The position numbers and the translations under genes were made by a program. The notes below the pieces were generated by a model that was given only the letters and a program-made list of their open reading frames with translations, did no database searches and was not told the DNA's origin. From Candidatus Poribacteria bacterium (GTDB lineage: Bacteria > Poribacteria > WGA-4E > WGA-3G): DNA of 64,000 nucleotides. How positions within the stretch are numbered: the stretch's first letter is position 1; every line of letters begins with the position of its first letter. Shown in pieces: positions 11,024 through 19,098 of this stretch. The stretch is from the NCBI GenBank assembly GCA_965215265.1, contig OZ244048.1, positions 4,736,001 to 4,800,000 on the forward strand. Direction: 5' to 3'.

Positions 11024-12232
11024 CTAACTGCTCTCTTCAGGAATCACGAGCCGCGTCCGCCCCGTCAGGAGCTCCTGCATCATCGCCTTTTTGATGTCGC
11101 GTATCTTCTCAACCTGTTTCTCCAGTGCAGCTAGCTCCCCATCCATATCGGAGAGGATAGTAACAATAGCTTTTTGTTCCAATACACTCGGGGCAATGAA
11201 GTAAAAGTTTGCCATGTCACGACCATACAAATGAAACACTGTTGTACCTGCCACCAGTTTCATCACCTGATTACGGTTCATTTTTATCGAGTATGCGAGA
11301 AAGGTGCCATTGAGAATCTGCTCCGGGACACGTATAACCAGAATGTCCCCGCCAAGGATAACATCAGGCACGGAGATACAACTTGCTGTCGCAAGCCCAT
11401 TAGGCGTAACATCGGATGCTGGCATAAGGACATCATTAGAGCAAGAAAGCAAAAAGACATCTTCTCTATTCGTGCGATGTAGGACTTCAGTGATACATTC
11501 CTTGTATGTTGTAAACAACTCCCCATAGTGAATACATGGTCTTTTGCCATCAAGAGATAGATCTGTTTTCAACAAACTGCTCGTCCCTTTAAAAAATGAT
11601 GCGATATCCCCTAATCGCTTCGTCTGCCACTCGTCTGTGAACCCCGGCAGTCGCGTTTTACCCGTCAGCAGTTGCTGCATCGCCGCGAGTTTTATCGCCT
11701 GCTTCTTTGCAATCAGCGCCTCCAACGAGTTGATGAGTCCATCCACATCCGATAAGACTTCCGCGATGGCAGCTTGTTCTTTTATATTTTCAGGAAAACG
11801 AACAACCATCCCACGGAATTTTGGCAGGCTTATGACATACCGCGTTCCACTCCCATCACACTCTCTGCTGGCTTGATCGAGGAATCCCTTCGTGTCAAAA
11901 ACATAAGCACGAAAGCGAAGGTCCCAATTCGTTTTCAAACGCAACCGGATAACGTGATAACTATAAACACCATCCGGAATATCCTCCATTGCTACCGCAC
12001 AGCGACCTATATCTTCACGTATCTCCGAGGAGGGCGTGAAGAAAATATCACCCTTTTCAACTGCAAAGCGCCGAACCTGATCCGGTTTCGCTGTAACATA
12101 GTGCGTCAAATCTTTTGAATACAAAAAGGTCTTGTTGTAGACATCAAGATAGTTCACAAGCCGGACAGGCAACTCATCACGACTCACTTTTTTGTTAACT
12201 CCAGTTCCTGTTATGTCACCAATTTCCCCCAA
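11024..12232 (-). CDS. hsdS: Type I R-M specificity subunit (start uncertain; frame open up to 12325)
   Basis: Two TRDs and conserved helices EQAAIAEVLSDVD...MQQLLTGKTRLPGF and EQKAIVTILSDMD...MMQELLTGRTRL. Confidence 0.9.
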   Translation of the reverse strand: MGEIGDITGTGVNKKVSRDELPVRLVNYLDVYNKTFLYSKDLTHYVTAKPDQVRRFAVEKGDIFFTPSSEIREDIGRCAVAMEDIPDGVYSYHVIRLRLKTNWDLRFRAYVFDTKGFLDQASRECDGSGTRYVISLPKFRGMVVRFPENIKEQAAIAEVLSDVDGLINSLEALIAKKQAIKLAAMQQLLTGKTRLPGFTDEWQTKRLGDIASFFKGTSSLLKTDLSLDGKRPCIHYGELFTTYKECITEVLHRTNREDVFLLSCSNDVLMPASDVTPNGLATASCISVPDVILGGDILVIRVPEQILNGTFLAYSIKMNRNQVMKLVAGTTVFHLYGRDMANFYFIAPSVLEQKAIVTILSDMDGELAALEKQVEKIRDIKKAMMQELLTGRTRLVIPEESS

Positions 12233-12248
12233 TCGCTTCGTCTGCCAC
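11613..12248. repeat. Identical 18-bp direct repeat AATCGCTTCGTCTGCCAC at 11613-11630 and 12231-12248, at the start of each TRD
   Basis: Both copies encode WQTKRL on the minus strand. Confidence 0.8.
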
Positions 12249-12325
12249 GCCCCGCTGAACCGCTTTGGGGAGGGCTTGAAATCACGCGAACTGTCCGACT
12301 CACACGGAGCTTGGGTTGTGTTTGC

Positions 12326-14875
12326 TCATATCCCTGTCCACTCTATCCCCATATTTTTCAGATGCACTTCCAGCTGCGCGCTGAACGCTGACACTTTGAC
12401 GGCTAATTCTCGCAACGGCATCGCATAACGCCCCGCCAACCCCTGCACACTCCCCGTCAACGCTTGCGTCACCCCTTCTATTTCCGCCTCAATCGCCCCA
12501 TGGATACTGGCTAACCACTTCCCTTCCACTACCAACGTCTTAATCTCTATTTCGCGCAGCTCCGCATACTTCCCAAGCACCGAAACCGCCAGCGCCTCTG
12601 ATGTCTCTTTCTGCAGCCGCTGCAGGCGCGTCTCCTCCCCTATCAGCTGCAGATACTCATAAAGAACGTCCAATTCCGCAAACAGACACCCGGCATCCTT
12701 CACGCCCTTCGTCCAGGCGCAAGCACCGAAACTCGCTTTCTTAATCGCTTTCGCCTGTTCAGACTCAGCAGTGCCTTCAGCAAACTCCCTCAAAATAATG
12801 TCCCTATACTCCATCACGCGCTGTAGCACATTCCCCTTGCTTATGCCTCGCGCCCCTTCAAGCCCAGCCAGCGCACCACCCTCTGCGGCGTGTTCCTCAA
12901 CGAACGCCTCAACTTCCTGCGCTGCCCTTTCATGCGACGCTTGGAGGCACTCTATAGCCGCCTGCTCATCCGAAAAGTAGCGTGCAACAATCAGACCCGG
13001 CGGTATCAGATCCAGCTTATATTTCTTGCGCTTGACGACGAGGTCCGGTGCCTCCTTGATCCGCTTATCCTGAATCAGCGCGCGCGGTTTCACCCCTTCA
13101 CGCCACCCCTCGGCAGCGATAAGATACACATCGTCCTGCATCACCGCTTCCCAATAATCCATCAATCCTTGGTAGACATCATACGCATCCAGCAGCGGCG
13201 CGTCTGCAAAGTACGTCAGTAAATCCGCAGACAACGCATCAATTACCGCTTTAGGCGATGTCCCTACCTCAATGCCAAACAGACGCCGCGTGTGAACCTC
13301 ACGCCAAGCGTGAAAACACCTCTCAACCCCCCGCCGGTAAACTTCTAACTCATGATGTCCTACTATCGTGCTTTTCACTTCTTCTGCTTCCACGCGCACA
13401 TCGCTATAGCCCGGCCGGATGCCACTCTCAAACAACTCCTCACGTAATGTCGGGAATACCTTCCAATACCCCTCCAAGCTGGCAAGCTCACTCTCAGGAA
13501 TCCCACCGTTCAGGTGGGCATCCAAGTCATGCAAATCTTCCGCCTCGCTCGCATCTAGATAGCGCGGGATGTTCAGATTGTAGGCGTTCGCGGCACTCGC
13601 AATCTCAGACACGGGCACCAGCCGCGCATAACCCGCCATCTCCCGCTGTTCGGTGAACACCCTCACTATTTTATCAATATCTCGCGCACGCAGCCTATTC
13701 TTGTTACCCGCCTTCAGGAACCCCCGGCTCGCATCTATCAGGAAGATGCCACGGCGCGCAGGCGCCTTCTCCTTGTCAATAACCAGAATACACGCGGGAA
13801 TGCCGGTACCGTAGAACAGATTCGCAGGCAACCCGATTATCCCCTTGATGAACCCACGCTTGACCAACGCTTTCCGAATCTCCCCTTCTCTATTCCCTCT
13901 AAACAACACGCCATGCGGCAAGATTATCGCCCCCTTCCCGTTGCTCTTCAACGAGGCGAGGAAATGGAGCAGAAAAGCATAATCTCCATTCTTCGCAGGC
14001 GGCACTCCATACGCAAAACGGCCATAAGCGTCATGCACAGGATTCAGCCCGTTTGACCACGCTTTGTCCGAGAACGGCGGATTCGCAACCGCAAAATCGA
14101 ACGTCTTCAAACCATGCTCCGCGTTCAGAAAGTAGGGCGCGGAGAGCGTGTTACCATGCCAGAGCTCCGCCGTCGCCGTATCGTGCAAAATCATGTTCAT
14201 CCTGGCCAGCGCGTAAGTCGCATGATCCTTCTCTTGTCCGTAAACCGACAACCCCCGCGGCGCCTCCGCATTTGCCCTCAGCAACAGAGACCCGGAGCCA
14301 CACGCTGGATCATAGACAGTCCTATATTGGGGCGTGTCTGGGCCGATGCCGATAACTTTTGCCACTACGCGCGACACTTCCGCAGGGGTGTAGAATTGTC
14401 CCTTACTCTTCCCTGACTCCGTCGCGAAATGCCGCATCAAATACTCATACGCGTCACCCAGCAGATCCTCAGCCGATGCCCTATGCCCCCGTAAATCAAG
14501 CCCCTCAAAAATAGAAACCAGTTTCGAGAGCCGGTCCTGCATCTCTTTCCCTCTGCCCAGTTTGCTCTCATCGTTAAAATCCGCCTGATCTATCACACCT
14601 TTCAGTTCATTGGCGTCTGCCAGTCTTCCGATGATTTTATTGATTTTGTCACCGATGTCTTTGTTCCCCTTCAACTTCACCATATCGGAGAACCCCCCGC
14701 CAGGGGGAACCACAATCAGCGTCGCATCCCCAGGCACTGCCGCCTTATCCGACACAGACTTCAGGAAAAGCAGTGTCAGCACATAGTCTTTGTATTGTGA
14801 TGCGTCCATCCCACCGCGCAGCTCATCGCAGCTCGCCCATAGAGACGCGTAAAGTTGTGATTTCTTTATTCCCAT
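12326..14875 (-). CDS. hsdM: Type I R-M methyltransferase subunit (long form)
   Basis: LWASCDELRGGMDASQYKDY, GQFYTPAEVS, YDPACGSGSLL, ANPPFS, LPHGVLFRG, YNLNIPRY. Confidence 0.96.
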   Translation of the reverse strand: MGIKKSQLYASLWASCDELRGGMDASQYKDYVLTLLFLKSVSDKAAVPGDATLIVVPPGGGFSDMVKLKGNKDIGDKINKIIGRLADANELKGVIDQADFNDESKLGRGKEMQDRLSKLVSIFEGLDLRGHRASAEDLLGDAYEYLMRHFATESGKSKGQFYTPAEVSRVVAKVIGIGPDTPQYRTVYDPACGSGSLLLRANAEAPRGLSVYGQEKDHATYALARMNMILHDTATAELWHGNTLSAPYFLNAEHGLKTFDFAVANPPFSDKAWSNGLNPVHDAYGRFAYGVPPAKNGDYAFLLHFLASLKSNGKGAIILPHGVLFRGNREGEIRKALVKRGFIKGIIGLPANLFYGTGIPACILVIDKEKAPARRGIFLIDASRGFLKAGNKNRLRARDIDKIVRVFTEQREMAGYARLVPVSEIASAANAYNLNIPRYLDASEAEDLHDLDAHLNGGIPESELASLEGYWKVFPTLREELFESGIRPGYSDVRVEAEEVKSTIVGHHELEVYRRGVERCFHAWREVHTRRLFGIEVGTSPKAVIDALSADLLTYFADAPLLDAYDVYQGLMDYWEAVMQDDVYLIAAEGWREGVKPRALIQDKRIKEAPDLVVKRKKYKLDLIPPGLIVARYFSDEQAAIECLQASHERAAQEVEAFVEEHAAEGGALAGLEGARGISKGNVLQRVMEYRDIILREFAEGTAESEQAKAIKKASFGACAWTKGVKDAGCLFAELDVLYEYLQLIGEETRLQRLQKETSEALAVSVLGKYAELREIEIKTLVVEGKWLASIHGAIEAEIEGVTQALTGSVQGLAGRYAMPLRELAVKVSAFSAQLEVHLKNMGIEWTGI

Positions 14876-14925
14876 ATCTCAATGCCTATCCTTACTGGAT
14901 GCTTTGACCTGATTACAAGCAATTC

Positions 14926-15056
14926 TTCAATTGTTCGCCGGTTTTCGATGTCTGCCTTTCCTTGAATCAATGGCAGTCCCTCGGCGTGTTGGTTGGTGAC
15001 AGTCCCATCATAATAGCAGCAAGGTGACTAAGCGTTTTTTCAGTCCACTCGTCGCT
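14926..15056 (-). pseudogene. Frameshifted fragment of a different hsdS TRD N-terminus
   Basis: SDEWTEKTLSHLAAIMMGLSP / EGLPLIQGKADIENRRTIE in two frames, resembling HsdS 'W...L..I.MGQSP...GLPLIQGNADI'. Confidence 0.65.
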
Positions 15057-15057
15057 G

Positions 15058-15350
15058 GTTTCGATTTCAAATTGGTTCGATTAAAAGATTGAATGGAGAG
15101 AATTCTCAATCGTAGTGAACGGAGTTTTGATTCCAAATTGATTCGATTAAAAGTAGGTTAGCACCTTATACAACACAGAGGATTCTTTGTTTTAATTCCA
15201 AATTGGTTCGATTAAACGTCTAAAACTGATATATACAGTATACCACATCCTTATGCCGCTTGTCAAGGTAATTTTTATATTTTTTTTACATTTCCAAATT
15301 GGTTCGATTAAAAGCGGCCCACCCGCCCAAATCCTTGGTTTTGATTCCAA
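15058..15350 (-). CRISPR. Degenerate cas-less CRISPR mini-array: four 30-bp repeats plus one partial repeat
   Basis: Repeats at 15058-15087, 15124-15153, 15189-15218, 15285-15314 and partial 15338-15350; consensus (+) GTTTTRATTCCAAATTGGTTCGATTAAAAG; spacers 36, 35, 66 and 23 nt; minus-strand 3' end AT(T/C)(A/G)AAAC resembles type I-B/III ATTGAAAC. Confidence 0.85.
15237..15266 (-). promoter_or_regulatory. Sigma70 promoter inside the CRISPR array, facing hsdM
   Basis: Minus strand TTGACA-18nt-TATACT with extended -10 TG and A-rich UP-like region. Confidence 0.75.
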
Positions 15351-15359
15351 GGAAGTAAC

Positions 15360-16202
15360 CTATGTATCCATCTTCCCAAGGCTTGCAGGTGCGCGCGATT
15401 TTCCGACAAGTCCGGCGAGTACGACCATGGTTAAAATATAAGGTAAACTCTCTAACAACTGTGTTGGGATCTGCCATCGGTTCGCCAGTTTTAACGCTGC
15501 AGCAAATCCAAAGAGAAAACACGCGGCGATGCCGCGGAGCGGGTGCCAATTCCCAAAAATTACAGCTGCAAGTGCGACATAACCGCGCCCAGCCGTCATA
15601 CCTTTTGTGAAGTAGTGAACCTCAGAAACGAGGAAACAGCCGCCGACTGCGGCAAAGATACCGCTGCAGATAACAGCAAAATATTGCCATCGAGCACGGC
15701 TCAGACTAAGCGTCGCGAGTGCCTCCGTCGATTCGCCTGCAGCTTGCAACCGCAACCCCCATGGCGTTTTAAAAAGCAGAACGTGACTTATAACCATCAA
15801 AACCGGCATCAAATAGACAAGAAAGTTGTACGAACCGATAAAAGGAAATTGCCAATAGGGAAGCCCACTGACGCGCCCGGAAGTAGGTAAGATAAACTCT
15901 GTAATACCCAACGCCAAAATGTTAATCGCAATCCCGCTAACGATCTGCTCCGCATGAAATGTAACAGAGGCGACAGCGTGTAACAACCCTAATGCCGCAC
16001 CGAAACAGAGGCCCACCATTAAACCACACCACGGTGAACCGAAGCCCTGGGTGCCGATAACGTAACCAAACGCACCGATGAGCATCATGCCTTCTAGGGC
16101 GATGTTAATCACGCCAGAACGTTCAGAGTAAATACCGCCAAGCGCAGCAAATCCCAGGGGTGTTGACATCCGCAGTGTCATTGGAATTAATTCAAGAATC
16201 AT
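15360..16202 (-). CDS. ABC transporter permease (nucleoside/simple sugar type)
   Basis: ALGGIYSERSGVINIALEGMML, TPWGLRLQAAGE, GMTAGRGYVALAAVIFGNW. Confidence 0.92.
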   Translation of the reverse strand: MILELIPMTLRMSTPLGFAALGGIYSERSGVINIALEGMMLIGAFGYVIGTQGFGSPWCGLMVGLCFGAALGLLHAVASVTFHAEQIVSGIAINILALGITEFILPTSGRVSGLPYWQFPFIGSYNFLVYLMPVLMVISHVLLFKTPWGLRLQAAGESTEALATLSLSRARWQYFAVICSGIFAAVGGCFLVSEVHYFTKGMTAGRGYVALAAVIFGNWHPLRGIAACFLFGFAAALKLANRWQIPTQLLESLPYILTMVVLAGLVGKSRAPASLGKMDT

Positions 16203-16325
16203 TTTCTACAAATCAGGTATACACACATGAGAATGTCCGTGCTTGGCAGCAACCCCTGCATGCACTCCTGCTTGATTCAGCCGTGCTGACAAGATAGACA
16301 CAAACACCTCATAAAAATTTGAGAG

Positions 16326-17444
16326 TCATCTCTCTGAGCTATGTAAAAAATCGGATTTGTGCGAAAACCCATCAATGCTGACCAAGCAGATAATGAGAAA
16401 CCCTTGTCCAACAAGAAACAGGCCTCGTGGAACCTCCAAAAATATCTCAATATCTAAGGCAACTTTACTGAGCAGGCCAAATAGGACTGCAGCTACCAAA
16501 ACGCCAAATGGCTGATTTCTGCCCAACAGGGCAACGGCTATTCCTGTAAAGCCCCACGCAGGCGAGAAACTATCTAAAAACCGGTAACGGTAACCGAGAA
16601 CCTCAGCAACTCCGGCTAAGCCTGCAGTCGCACCGCTGATTGCCATTGTCCATACCGTCACGATGCGTGGGTTTATCCCACCGTACGATGCTACCTCTGG
16701 CGCGTTCCCTACCAAACGGAGTTCGTACCCCCAACGTGTGTGCATTAAAAAGAGATAACAGAGCACGACACAACCACAAGCGAACAGAAAACTGACGTTT
16801 AGGGGATTACTCTCCGGAAGCAACCGGAAATACGGGGCCAACCGCGGAAGCCGTGCGGCTTCAGAAATCGGTGCGGTTTGCGGATTCATCTGATCCGGCT
16901 CTTGGTACACAACCGTAACGAGGTAATTCATGAGTGCGAACGCGATGAAGTTCATCATTATTGTGTTGATAACTTCATGCGTCCCGAATTTCGCTTTTAA
17001 GAACCCCGGAATTCCACCCCAAGCCGCCCCGGCAGTTACGGCACACCCTATACAGAGCGGTATCAGCACTACAGAGGGCATTGCTACATGCAGCCCTACC
17101 CATGTAGCAGCAAACGCCGCAACGTAAAGCTGCCCCTCACAGCCGATATTGAATAAGCCACCTCTATAACCGATTGCAACAGCGAGCCCGGTAAAAATAA
17201 GCGGTGTCGCGTTAAACAACACATAACCAAAATCGTCAAAACTGGCAAAACCGCTGACAAAGAGAACCCGATAGAATTCCCGCGGATGCCGGCCCCTCAC
17301 GATAAGCACAAGCCCACATAAAATGAAAAAGCCAAACGTCACAACCACCGGCGGCATGCAACTACGCAAGATTTGTTTGCCGTGCTTACGGATTTGGCTC
17401 GAACCTTGTTTTCTGGTAAAATTAAAATAGCGTAGGATATTCAA
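16326..17444 (-). CDS. ABC transporter permease (nucleoside/simple sugar type); start uncertain
   Basis: ATPLIFTGLAVA, GLFNIGCEGQ, HEVINTIMMNFIA, GFTGIAVALLGRN. Confidence 0.88.
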   Translation of the reverse strand: MNILRYFNFTRKQGSSQIRKHGKQILRSCMPPVVVTFGFFILCGLVLIVRGRHPREFYRVLFVSGFASFDDFGYVLFNATPLIFTGLAVAIGYRGGLFNIGCEGQLYVAAFAATWVGLHVAMPSVVLIPLCIGCAVTAGAAWGGIPGFLKAKFGTHEVINTIMMNFIAFALMNYLVTVVYQEPDQMNPQTAPISEAARLPRLAPYFRLLPESNPLNVSFLFACGCVVLCYLFLMHTRWGYELRLVGNAPEVASYGGINPRIVTVWTMAISGATAGLAGVAEVLGYRYRFLDSFSPAWGFTGIAVALLGRNQPFGVLVAAVLFGLLSKVALDIEIFLEVPRGLFLVGQGFLIICLVSIDGFSHKSDFLHSSER

Positions 17445-17477
17445 ATTGCTTCTTTTATTTATGGATACATCCACAAC

Positions 17478-17506
17478 TTGACAAAAAAAATAAAACATGC
17501 TAATAT
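17478..17506 (+). promoter_or_regulatory. Sigma70-like promoter upstream of the DegT-family gene
   Basis: TTGACA-17nt-TAATAT with TG extension. Confidence 0.5.
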
Positions 17507-17621
17507 GGATGTCTATTAGCAAACTAACTGGCAGCTATAACCTACAAGACTATTTTAATACAAATGCAGTATTAAAACAACCAGAAATACAAAACCGAGA
17601 CATGACAACCCTAAACGAAAA

Positions 17622-19061
17622 ATGAGCAAAACGGACAACAGAAAATCTAAGAAAAATCGCGATGTTGCATCCTGTTTACCGGCTGCGTTAGGCGGAAAAC
17701 CGATTTTTGAACGAACACGGGAGACACCGTATCCTAAACTAGAACAGTGGTGCCAAATGACTGAAGCAGAAGCACAAGTCGCTTATGAAATGACGTTCCG
17801 CAATGAACTCTCTGGCACGTCCCCCACCGTTCAGAAATTTGAGGAAATGTGGTCTGAACGACATCAGACACAATTTGCAATAAGCCTTGTTAACGGAACT
17901 GCGGCGATTCATAGTGCAATGTTTGGACTCGGCGTTGGTCCAGGGGATGAAGTTATCTGCCCCACTTACACCTGGATGGGTTCAATCACGCCAGCACTGA
18001 CGTTGATGGCAAAACCTGTCTTCTGCGAAATTAACCCGAGAACCTTGCTAATTGATGTGGAAGACGTTCGCCGGCGAATTACTGGCAAAACAAAAGCCAT
18101 CGTAGCTGTGCATCTATGGGGAAATGTCTGTGATATGGATGCACTGATGGCTTTAAGCGACGCAACCGGGGTCCCTATCATAGAAGACTGCTCTCACGCA
18201 CACGGTGCCTCCTATAAAGGGAGAGCGTGCGGAAGCATCGGGCATGCAGGTGCTTGGAGTTTACAAGGGAGCAAACCCGTTAGTGCAGGCGAAGGGGGCG
18301 TGCTGGCAACGAATGACGCAGCACTCTTTGAACGGGCTTGTCTACTCGGCCAAGTCAATCGCTCAATAGATATTCCGGAGGCGGGCCGGAAATACGTGGG
18401 TATTCCGTTCCTCGGGCTTGGTGTTAAATTTCGTGCACACCCCGTCGCTATCGGTATTGCCGGCGTGCAGATGCAGAAACTGGACGAACTCAACGCGAAA
18501 CGCCGGGCTTACATTCAAGAAATCTCAAATGGATTGCGTGACCTTCCCGGTATCAGGCCCGTTGAAACTCACCCTGGTGCGGAACCTGCTGGATTTTTCG
18601 GACTACCGATTCACTACAAGGCGGAGGAGCTACATGGCCTTCCAGCACCCGCGTTTGCCGAGGCACTTCGTCAGGAAGGCGTTTTGGCAAATAATAACCC
18701 TTACCCAGCGTTGGTAGGAGACGGAGTGCCCATTTTTTCAGGGAATTTTCCAACAAATAGGAATCCGTACCCACTCTTGCACACACTACCACCTTTCAGG
18801 CAGGGGGTAGACCTTTACACCGGCGGGCGCGGTTCTCTCTGCCCACCGGATATCGGCGGCACTTATCACGGATACACCGAGGGGGATTTCCCTGTCACTG
18901 AAGAAACCTGTTCGCGGCTGGTGTTTTTGCCGATGTTAACGCATCCGCGGCCACATGCAGTGGAAGGTATACTCGCCGCAATTCAAAAAATTGTCGCCCA
19001 TGCCGAACCCCTTGCACAACTTATCAAAAAAGGGGTAACCCTAAAAGAGTTCGCCAAGTAA
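17622..19061 (+). CDS. DegT/DnrJ/EryC1/StrS family PLP-dependent aminotransferase
   Basis: NGTAAIH, GVGPGDEVICP, VHLWGN, IEDCSHAHGA, SLQGSKPVSAGEGG. Confidence 0.92.
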   Translation: MSKTDNRKSKKNRDVASCLPAALGGKPIFERTRETPYPKLEQWCQMTEAEAQVAYEMTFRNELSGTSPTVQKFEEMWSERHQTQFAISLVNGTAAIHSAMFGLGVGPGDEVICPTYTWMGSITPALTLMAKPVFCEINPRTLLIDVEDVRRRITGKTKAIVAVHLWGNVCDMDALMALSDATGVPIIEDCSHAHGASYKGRACGSIGHAGAWSLQGSKPVSAGEGGVLATNDAALFERACLLGQVNRSIDIPEAGRKYVGIPFLGLGVKFRAHPVAIGIAGVQMQKLDELNAKRRAYIQEISNGLRDLPGIRPVETHPGAEPAGFFGLPIHYKAEELHGLPAPAFAEALRQEGVLANNNPYPALVGDGVPIFSGNFPTNRNPYPLLHTLPPFRQGVDLYTGGRGSLCPPDIGGTYHGYTEGDFPVTEETCSRLVFLPMLTHPRPHAVEGILAAIQKIVAHAEPLAQLIKKGVTLKEFAK

Positions 19062-19098
19062 TGCTGAAGACAGTCATCACAAATTGAACGAATCGAAA

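Noticed and set aside
15088-15188. Self-targeting by the two full-length spacers
   Set aside because: No convincing protospacer found by eye in this window; needs a genome-wide search
18688-18790. Duplicated NPYP motif in the DegT-family aminotransferase
   Set aside because: Short in-frame insertion with diverged DNA; no evidence for an intein or mobile element
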